A DNA stretch of 39,475 bases. It comes from Candidatus Intestinimonas pullistercoris (GTDB lineage Bacteria; Bacillota; Clostridia; Oscillospirales; Oscillospiraceae). The notes beneath the pieces are model-generated. The model saw only the letters and a list, made by a program, of their open reading frames with translations. It was not told where the DNA came from and did not search any database. Positions 16,518-23,630 of the stretch are shown piece by piece (within the stretch, counting starts at the first letter, position 1; the number at the start of each line of letters is the position of its first letter). The translations under genes and the position numbers were made by a program. The stretch is from positions 1-39,475 of the forward strand of contig DWWJ01000091.1 in NCBI GenBank assembly GCA_019119795.1. The letters run 5' to 3'.

Positions 16518-19100
16518 TTGTTGAGCTATCTGCTGCGTCAGCTATTCAATTCCTTCGGGATCTTTTTCCGGACCATACGGGCCTTCTTTACCCGGAAGCT
16601 GGTGGGGATCGGCGCCTATTTCCGGCGGATCACCAACTTTTCCCGGCACGCCACCAAGGTGGCCTCGGCCTCCTTCCAGGGGGCGGCCGCCGCCGTCAAA
16701 AAGCCCACCAGGCGGGAGGACTATATTGAGACCAGGCGGCTCTTTATCTCCAAGTCCTTCCTGATCCTTCTGGCGGTGGGGCTGGTCCTGGCGGCTTTGC
16801 TGCTCTACTTTGTGGTGTGGCCCTTCCTGCTCAGCCGCTTCTTCACGGCCCGGTTCTACCAGGGGGATGCCGACCTCCAGACCTGGTCCGGACGGGTCAT
16901 CGTCTACTATGACGAGGCGAAGGAGCAGCCCATGTACAGCGGCACCCTTCAGGACGGCCTCCTCCAGGGGCGGGGCCGGGAGTACGACGAGGCTGGGCTG
17001 GTGACCTACGAGGGGAGCTTCGTGGACGGCCAGCGCAGCGGGACGGGGAGCCTCTACGAAAACGGCGTCCTGGTCTACGAGGGGGACTTCGCCAACGGGG
17101 CCGCCACCGGCATGGGCATCGCCTATGCCGACGGGGTGAAGCGCTATGAGGGCGCCTTTGTGGACGGCGTCTACGAGGGCGAGGGCGCCGAGTACGATGC
17201 GGACGGCAATTTGAAGTACAAGGGCTCCTTTGCCGCCGGGGTCTATGAGGGCCAGGGGACGGCCTATTATCCCAGCGGGGAGCGGGCCTATGTGGGGGCC
17301 TTCGCCGGCGGTCTCTACGAGGGCGAGGGCACCGAGTACACCGAGGACGGGCAGGTGCGCTACAAGGGCGCCTTTGCGGCGGGCCTCTATGAGGGGACCG
17401 GGGTCCTCTACCGGGAGGACGGCGACCAGATCCGGGCGGAGTTCTCCGCCGGGACCACCACCGGCACCATCCAGTGGTATCAGAACGGGGCCCTCTGGTA
17501 TGACGGGGCCGCCGACGGCGTGATTCCCGACGGCTTCGGCACCATTTATGGAGAAGACGGGAAGGTCATCTACGCCGGGGAGCTGGACCAGGGCACCCTG
17601 GACGGGGCCTGGCTGCTGACCCTCACCGCCGAAGAGCTCCGGACGGCCTTTGGGGAGGCCAGCCTCACCGAGACGGATGCCCCGGGGGGGTTCCTGGTGG
17701 CCAACCAGGCCCTGGGGGTCACCGCTCTGTGCAGCTACCGGCAGGGAGAGGAGGAGGCCCAGGTCTATCAGGTGTGGCTGGCGCCGGAGGCGGACTCCCT
17801 CCCGGCGGAGCTGCTGCCCTGGGAGGACGCCGCCGAGGCGGAGGACTGGGCCCTGATGGGACGGGACAGCCAGACCGAGAGCCAGGTGGTCCAGGGCCCG
17901 GCCTACGGCCCGGACGGAACGGCGGACGGAGACTGGTGGCAGCGCCAGTACCGCTATGCCGACTACCGCTGCACCCTGCTCTGCGAGACAGAGGAGGGGG
18001 CCCCCCTCCGGATCACCTGGAGCCGGGACCTGACCCTCTCCGGGGAAGAGGGGACGGCCGACACCGGGACCACGGAGGTCCAGGAGCGGCTGGACGCCCT
18101 CCTGACCGCCCTGGACGGGGCGGGAGGCACGATCTCCGACGAGAGCTCCGGCAGCGGCAGCTCCGATCTGGGCAGTGTGGAGCGTATGGTGGCCCTGATG
18201 CTGACCCCGGAGGATGCCGAGAGCCTGGTGGGGGCCCTGACCGACTACTACATCTACGGGGAGATGGCGGCGGCCCTGGAGGCCAGCCAGCCCCTGCTGG
18301 AGCAGCTCCTGGCCGAGGCCCAGACCCAGCTGGCCCGGGGCAGCGGCACCCAGGAGGCGGCAGACAGCGCCCAGGCGGACCTGGACGACCTGAGCCGCCA
18401 GATCACCCAGTACAAAACCGCCCAGGAGCAGGCCGGCCTCACCATCCAGTCCCTGAGCAAGCTGAGCCCGGACGACTATGACCTGCAGCAGGTCCTGCTG
18501 ACCTTTGATCCGGTGGAGATGGATGTCGCCTCCCTGTACAGCGGGGCGCAGTCCTATGCCGCGGCGGCCGGGCAGGACGATGTGGACAGCGAGGCCCTGG
18601 AGCGGGAGCTCCGCTCGGCGGTGCTGGACCTGAGCATGTCCTACGAGAGCGTCCGCGCTGCCCGGGAGGGGGTGGAGCGCTCCGCCGCCGCCGTGGAGGA
18701 GCAGACCCAGGCCTACGCCAGGGGCACCGCGGAGCGCGCCGACCTCTACGCCGCCCAGTGCGCCCAGAACCAGGCCGCCGCCGCCCTCTATCAGGCCGTG
18801 GGGACCTTTACCCAGCAGGCCAGCGCCCTGAACACCCTCTCGGGCGGCTGGATCGCCCAGGAATACGGCTGGATGGCGGACACCTTCGCCACCCTGTTCC
18901 AGAGCCAGATCGTCCAGGGGGAGACCGCCGCCCAGGAGGCCGAGGACCAGCGGGAGCAGCAGGAGGAGGAAGCCGCCCAGGCCATCCAGGAGGAGCAGGC
19001 CGCGGCCACCGCGGCCCCGGAGGAGACGCCGGCGCCCGAAGAGGAGGCGGCAGAGACGGCCGGGGAGTCCCCGGCCCCCCAGGCTACCGACGCCCCCTGA
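16518..19100 (+). CDS. Single-pass membrane protein with MORN repeats and C-terminal TolC/OEP-like helical hairpins
   Basis: TTG start (16518 or 16521) after AGGGGG. TM FLILLAVGLVLAALLLYFVVWPFLL. Tandem Y(E/K)GxFxxGxYEGxG repeats at ~16930-17610. Two OEP-like repeats, LARGSGTQEAADSAQADL and YARGTAERADLYAAQ..ALNTLSGG. Confidence 0.75.
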   Translation: MLSYLLRQLFNSFGIFFRTIRAFFTRKLVGIGAYFRRITNFSRHATKVASASFQGAAAAVKKPTRREDYIETRRLFISKSFLILLAVGLVLAALLLYFVVWPFLLSRFFTARFYQGDADLQTWSGRVIVYYDEAKEQPMYSGTLQDGLLQGRGREYDEAGLVTYEGSFVDGQRSGTGSLYENGVLVYEGDFANGAATGMGIAYADGVKRYEGAFVDGVYEGEGAEYDADGNLKYKGSFAAGVYEGQGTAYYPSGERAYVGAFAGGLYEGEGTEYTEDGQVRYKGAFAAGLYEGTGVLYREDGDQIRAEFSAGTTTGTIQWYQNGALWYDGAADGVIPDGFGTIYGEDGKVIYAGELDQGTLDGAWLLTLTAEELRTAFGEASLTETDAPGGFLVANQALGVTALCSYRQGEEEAQVYQVWLAPEADSLPAELLPWEDAAEAEDWALMGRDSQTESQVVQGPAYGPDGTADGDWWQRQYRYADYRCTLLCETEEGAPLRITWSRDLTLSGEEGTADTGTTEVQERLDALLTALDGAGGTISDESSGSGSSDLGSVERMVALMLTPEDAESLVGALTDYYIYGEMAAALEASQPLLEQLLAEAQTQLARGSGTQEAADSAQADLDDLSRQITQYKTAQEQAGLTIQSLSKLSPDDYDLQQVLLTFDPVEMDVASLYSGAQSYAAAAGQDDVDSEALERELRSAVLDLSMSYESVRAAREGVERSAAAVEEQTQAYARGTAERADLYAAQCAQNQAAAALYQAVGTFTQQASALNTLSGGWIAQEYGWMADTFATLFQSQIVQGETAAQEAEDQREQQEEEAAQAIQEEQAAATAAPEETPAPEEEAAETAGESPAPQATDAP

Positions 19101-19130
19101 GCGGGGCGGCGAGAGAAAGGAAGGTCACAT

Positions 19131-19721
19131 ATGGCAGACTATACCGCCCTGGTGGAGGCGGGGACCGCCCTGATGGAGCTCCTGCGGGACCATCTGACCC
19201 CGGAGCCCATCGGGAACCGGGAGCTCATCTCCCTTTGCTCCCCCCATGAGAGCGAGAACAACCAGCTCACCCTCTATCTCTACCAGGTGGAGGAGGACAC
19301 CCAGGGAGTCCCCAGCGGCTACTACCAGGTGAGCCAGAACGTCCAGCGCATCCGGCCCGCCCGGTTCAACCTCCGCTTTCTGGTCACCGCCCACTCCAAG
19401 GCCCCGGCCCAGCTCAAGGAGGCCGATCAGTACCGCATCATCGGGGCGGCCATCCAGGTCCTCAAGGACCATCCGGTGCTGGACGCCCAGTACCTGAGCG
19501 GCTCTCTGGCCCAGGAGAACGCCCGGGTCAGCGTGGTCCTGGAGAAGACCCCCCTGGACCAGCTCCTGAAGATCTGGAACAACACCTCCAACGCCTACAA
19601 GCTCTCCTTCACCGTGCTCCTCACCGGAGTGGAGATCGACTCCAAGCGGGAGCGCACCGTCAGCCGGGTCACCGACGTCACCATCCAGACCGGGCAGATG
19701 GAGCGGGAGGCGAGACGATGA
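19131..19721 (+). CDS. DUF4255 / Pvc16-Afp16 cap (tube-sheath terminator)
   Basis: QLTLYLYQVEED, FNLRFLVTAH, IIGAAIQVLKDHPVL, KIWN..YKLSF..VEIDS and VSRV. Confidence 0.88.
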   Translation: MADYTALVEAGTALMELLRDHLTPEPIGNRELISLCSPHESENNQLTLYLYQVEEDTQGVPSGYYQVSQNVQRIRPARFNLRFLVTAHSKAPAQLKEADQYRIIGAAIQVLKDHPVLDAQYLSGSLAQENARVSVVLEKTPLDQLLKIWNNTSNAYKLSFTVLLTGVEIDSKRERTVSRVTDVTIQTGQMEREARR

Positions 19722-20479
19722 TCGCCGTCCACGTCAGCGCCGTGTGCCGGGTGCGGGACGGCTACACGGGCCGGCCCCTGGCCCCCGGCGGCCTGCTGTG
19801 CGCTCTGGACGGCGCCCCCTGCCAGCCGGTGCGGAAGCCGGAGGGCTATCTGGTGCTGACCGACCTGGCCCCCGGCCGGCACCGCCTCTCCCTGCGGTGC
19901 CGGGGCTACCAGGAGGAGTGGGTGGAGCTCACGGCGGGCGAGGACACCCAGGAGCTGGACATCACCATGAAGCCGGGGCCGGACTACCCCTTCCGGCTGG
20001 CGGTCACCCGGCTGGAGCTGGAGGTCCTGGAGAAGGGGGCTCCCGCCGCCGAGCGGCAGCTCTGGCTGGCGGCCCCCGGCGGCCCCGAGCTGAAGATCGC
20101 CCAGACCAGGGCGGAGGCTGGGAGCACCCAGACCCGCCTCTTCTGCAAGGGCCCCCTCCTGCCCGCCGTCCCCGGCACCTACCTGATCGCGGACGGGGCG
20201 GACAGCGAGGTGGTGGTCCTCCGGGCCCTGGAGGGGGAGACGGGGACCCTGGCGGCGCCGCTCCTCCGGAGCCACGGCCGGGGCAAATTGCTCCTCCCCG
20301 CCCAGAGCTATCACACCGACGAGGCGGGGCGGCTGTCGGCCGTCTTCCGGGAGCCCTGCACCGTGGAGGTCTGCACCCGGGAGGGCGCCCCCCTGGGCAG
20401 CCTGGAGCTCCAGGAGGGAGAGAACCGGCGGCAGCTCCCGGAAAGGAAGGAGAAAAAACATGGCCAATCCAGTGGTTAG
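19718..20479 (+). CDS. Hypothetical beta-rich protein (carboxypeptidase-regulatory-like fold), coupled to DUF4255
   Basis: ATGA overlap with DUF4255. VRDGYTGRPL, GYLVLTDLAPGRHRLSL..GYQ and HTDEAGRL are typical of prealbumin-like domains. Confidence 0.6.
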   Translation: MIAVHVSAVCRVRDGYTGRPLAPGGLLCALDGAPCQPVRKPEGYLVLTDLAPGRHRLSLRCRGYQEEWVELTAGEDTQELDITMKPGPDYPFRLAVTRLELEVLEKGAPAAERQLWLAAPGGPELKIAQTRAEAGSTQTRLFCKGPLLPAVPGTYLIADGADSEVVVLRALEGETGTLAAPLLRSHGRGKLLLPAQSYHTDEAGRLSAVFREPCTVEVCTREGAPLGSLELQEGENRRQLPERKEKKHGQSSG

Positions 20480-20837
20480 CACAGCCCTTTGCACCTGCTC
20501 CTTTGGCGTGGCCCCCATGCCGCTGACGGTGAGCAGCCAGCAGACGGTGATGATGGGCTCCCTGCCGGCGGCCACCATCATGGACAACGTCTGCACCACC
20601 TTCGGCATGTGCTCCAGCCTGGCCAACCCCACGGTGGCGTCGGCCACGGCGGCGGCCCTGGGAGCGCTGACCCCCATGCCCTGCGTGCCGGTGGTACCGG
20701 CCCCCTGGGCCCCGGGCTGCCCCACCGTGATGGTGTGCGGCAAGCCCCTGCTCAACAATACCAGCAAGCTCATGTGCGCCTACGGCGGGGTCATCCAGGT
20801 CACCACGACCCCGGCAATGACGGTCCAGGTGCCCTGA
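20460..20837 (+). CDS. DUF4280 PAAR-like spike-tip protein
   Basis: ALCTCSFGVAP, AATIMD..FGMCSSLANPTVASATAAALGALTPMPCVP..PWAPG and SKLMCAYGGVI. Confidence 0.92.
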   Translation: MANPVVSTALCTCSFGVAPMPLTVSSQQTVMMGSLPAATIMDNVCTTFGMCSSLANPTVASATAAALGALTPMPCVPVVPAPWAPGCPTVMVCGKPLLNNTSKLMCAYGGVIQVTTTPAMTVQVP

Positions 20838-20873
20838 CGGCCCGGACCGGCCGGTGCGGAAAGGAGGAGGCCT

Positions 20874-23033
20874 GTGGAGGAGTACGATCTGCGCGATGTG
20901 TCCTATGAAAAATGGGGCCAGCCCTATGCCAGCCAGTGGGACCTGATGGACGACCTCTTTGCCTGGATGGACCTGCGGCTCTATCTGTTTTATGAGCACC
21001 ACCAGTGGCTGGGGCCCAAGAATGACATGCGCAATATGCTGGGCCTGGTGGTCAGCCGGGAGGAGTTTGAGCATAATCTGATGCAGGCGGCGCAGCTGGG
21101 CCTGGCGGCCCAGCTGGAGGAAGAGGAGGCGGCCCAGCTGGCGGCCTCCCAGGACGCCGTCCGGAGCCGCCTGGGAAAGACCGGGGAGGACTTTCCCCTG
21201 CTGCAGCTCTTCCGGCGCTGCGGCCTGGACGAGTTCGAGCAGGAGTGCGTGATCCTGACCTACGCCGCTGCCCTGGACCGGAAGTATGAAAAGCTCTTCG
21301 CCTACCTCCAGGACGACATCACACAGAAGGCCCCCACCACCGCCCTGGCGGTGCAGCTCTTCCTGCCCCTAGAGCGGACGGTGGAGGAGTACCTCTCCCG
21401 GTTCTCCCGCCGGGACCGGTTCACGGCCCTCTTTGACCAGGAGCGGCTCTCCGCCGGGCAGCTGGTCCTCCAGGCCCCGGTGCTGGAGTTCCTCAGCACA
21501 GGGACCGTGGCCCCCCTGCCGGGACTCCGGCTCTTCGACGGGGCCCGGGAGCGGCCCGGCGGCCCCCTGGTCATCGGCCAGGAGACGGCCCGGCGGCTGG
21601 ACCTCCTCTTCCAGGAGCCGGGAGAGCGGGTCATCTGCCTCACCGGCGGCCCGGGGACGGGCAAGCGGTTCCAGGTGGAGCACCTGATGTCCCGGAGCCG
21701 GCAGAGCTGCCTCTTCGCGGAGCTGGACGGAGAGCGCCCGGAGGAGCGGGCCCGGGAGGGGGTCCTGATCGCCCGGCTCACCGGCGCCTGCCTGTGCTTC
21801 GGCCACATGGAGCGGCGGGACGCCGACGGGAAGCTGCTGCCCCCGGAGGAGCGGCTGCTCCAGGACATCCTGGACCTGGAGCCGACCCATGAGAAGGTCT
21901 TTTTCCTCTCCCAGCTCCCCATCCGGGCCCAGTTCCGCCGCCTGGCGGTGGAGCTGGACATTCCGGACCCCGCTGAGGAGGAGCGCATCCGCCTCTTCCG
22001 CTCCTTCCTGGGCGCGGCCGCCCTGGAGGACGGCCTGACGGTGGAGGAGCTGGCGGCCAAGTTCCGCTTCTCCCCCCGGCAGATCGAGCTGGCCTGCCGG
22101 CAGGCGGTGGGGCTGGCCGGCCTGGAGGGGGAGGGGACCATCTCCAGCCGGGAGATGCACCAGTGCTGCTACCGGCAGGTGGTCCACAAGCTGGGAGACC
22201 TGGCCAGCCGGGTGCGTCCCGCTTACGGCTGGGATGATGTGGTGATGCCGGAGGACCAGAAGCGGCTCCTCCAGCACGCCTGCGGACATATCAAGTTCCA
22301 GCACAAGGTCTACTACGACTGGGGCTTTGACCGGAAGATCACCTACGGCCGGGGCTTGTCCATCCTCTTCGCCGGGGCCCCCGGCACCGGCAAGACCATG
22401 TGCGCCCAGGTCATCGCCAACGAGCTGAACATGGAGATGTACAAGATCAACATCTCCCAGATCGTCAGCAAGTACATCGGTGAGACGGAGAAAAACCTCC
22501 AGGCAGTCTTTGCCGAGGCCAAGCGCTCCAACTGCGTCCTCTTCTTCGACGAGTGCGACGCCATCTTCGGCAAGCGCAGCGAGGTCAAGGACGCCCATGA
22601 CCGCAACGCCAACGTGGAGGTGGCCTATCTGCTCCAGCAGATCGAGGAGCACGACGGGGTGTGCATCATGGCCACCAACCTCATCGGGAACATCGACGCC
22701 GCCTTCATGCGCCGCATCACCTATGTGGTCCATTTCCCCTTTCCGGACGCCGCCATGCGGGAGGAGATCTTCCGGCGGACCATGCCGGCCCAGGCGCCCC
22801 TCTCCGACGACATCGACTGGGGCTTCCTGGCGGAGAAGTTCGAGCTCTCCGGCGGCCATATCAAAAATATCGTTTTGTCTGCCGCCTTTCTGGCGGCGCT
22901 GGAGGGAGAGGACATCGGCATGTCCCACCTGCTGCGCGCGGCAGTGGGGGAGCTGAAGAAAAACGAGATCGTGGTGGTCCGGGAGGAGCTGCGGGAATAC
23001 GCCGACCTTCTGGATGGAGGGCAGGAGGCGTAG
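20874..23033 (+). CDS. CIS AAA+ ATPase (Afp15/Pvc15-like)
   Basis: DRKYEKLFAYLQDDIT N-domain. Degenerate first module (GGPGTGKR). Intact second module with GAPGTGKT, IVSKYIGETEKNL, VLFFDECDAIFGKR and IDAAFMRR. Confidence 0.92.
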   Translation: MEEYDLRDVSYEKWGQPYASQWDLMDDLFAWMDLRLYLFYEHHQWLGPKNDMRNMLGLVVSREEFEHNLMQAAQLGLAAQLEEEEAAQLAASQDAVRSRLGKTGEDFPLLQLFRRCGLDEFEQECVILTYAAALDRKYEKLFAYLQDDITQKAPTTALAVQLFLPLERTVEEYLSRFSRRDRFTALFDQERLSAGQLVLQAPVLEFLSTGTVAPLPGLRLFDGARERPGGPLVIGQETARRLDLLFQEPGERVICLTGGPGTGKRFQVEHLMSRSRQSCLFAELDGERPEERAREGVLIARLTGACLCFGHMERRDADGKLLPPEERLLQDILDLEPTHEKVFFLSQLPIRAQFRRLAVELDIPDPAEEERIRLFRSFLGAAALEDGLTVEELAAKFRFSPRQIELACRQAVGLAGLEGEGTISSREMHQCCYRQVVHKLGDLASRVRPAYGWDDVVMPEDQKRLLQHACGHIKFQHKVYYDWGFDRKITYGRGLSILFAGAPGTGKTMCAQVIANELNMEMYKINISQIVSKYIGETEKNLQAVFAEAKRSNCVLFFDECDAIFGKRSEVKDAHDRNANVEVAYLLQQIEEHDGVCIMATNLIGNIDAAFMRRITYVVHFPFPDAAMREEIFRRTMPAQAPLSDDIDWGFLAEKFELSGGHIKNIVLSAAFLAALEGEDIGMSHLLRAAVGELKKNEIVVVREELREYADLLDGGQEA

Positions 23034-23147
23034 GAAGGTCCCACAGGGGCCCTGCTGCAGGACGGCGAGCAGTGAAAAACGGTGACGGATACATATATTT
23101 TTCTGCCAGAACTTTTTATTTTGGAAAGAAAAATGCCCGATTTTCTG

Positions 23148-23177
23148 TTGCGGGCCGGATAGGACTCCTGCTATAAT
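23148..23177 (+). promoter_or_regulatory. Putative sigmaA promoter for the STAS/MATE/PP2C operon
   Basis: TTGCGG (23148-23153), 18 bp spacer, extended -10 TGcTATAAT (23169-23177), with an AT-rich upstream tract. Confidence 0.65.
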
Positions 23178-23315
23178 TTTCAAAAGGGACCTCTCTCCGC
23201 AAAGGAAAGAAAAGCAGGCTCCGCCGGGCGGTCACGGCTCTGGGAGAGGCTGGGCCGCGCCTCGGTATGGGGCGGAGCCTGGAGAGAGCACCAGTATATT
23301 TAGGAGGAAGTAGTC

Positions 23316-23612
23316 ATGACCATTACCAAGCAAGCTGAAGGGAAGAAGCTCACCCTCGCCCTGGAGGGGCGCCTGGATACCACCACCGCGCCCGAGCTGG
23401 AGGCAGAGCTGAACGCCAGTCTGGACGGGATCACCGACCTGGTCCTGGATATGAAGGACCTGGTGTACCTGTCCTCTGCGGGGCTGCGGGTGGTGCTGGC
23501 CGCCCAGAAGCGGATGAACAAGCAGGGACATATGACGGTGAAAAACGTCTGCGCGGATATCATGGAGGTCTTTGAGATCACAGGCTTCGTGGATATCCTG
23601 GACATTCAGTGA
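23316..23612 (+). CDS. STAS-domain anti-sigma-factor antagonist (RsbV/SpoIIAA-like)
   Basis: AGGAGG RBS. LEGRLDTTTAPEL, LVLDMKDLVYLSSAGLRVVL (phosphoacceptor Ser motif) and EVFEITGF. Confidence 0.93.
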   Translation: MTITKQAEGKKLTLALEGRLDTTTAPELEAELNASLDGITDLVLDMKDLVYLSSAGLRVVLAAQKRMNKQGHMTVKNVCADIMEVFEITGFVDILDIQ

Positions 23613-23630
23613 CAGGAGAAGCGACAGCGC

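Noticed and set aside
16930-17610. Repetitive DNA that could suggest a CRISPR array or VNTR
   Set aside because: Degenerate in-frame repeats encoding MORN units. No identical repeats with unique spacers and no cas genes.
1-23033. Prophage or tailocin interpretation of the tail-like genes
   Set aside because: No capsid, portal, terminase, integrase or replication genes in the window. DUF4255, the Afp15-like ATPase and DUF4157 cargo point to a CIS.
1-23033. Canonical type VI secretion system
   Set aside because: No recognisable TssJ/L/M, TssK, TssA or ClpV. The ATPase is Afp15-type and the host appears monoderm.
23034-23062. Possible terminator after the AAA+ ATPase
   Set aside because: Only a weak imperfect stem with no adjacent U tract.
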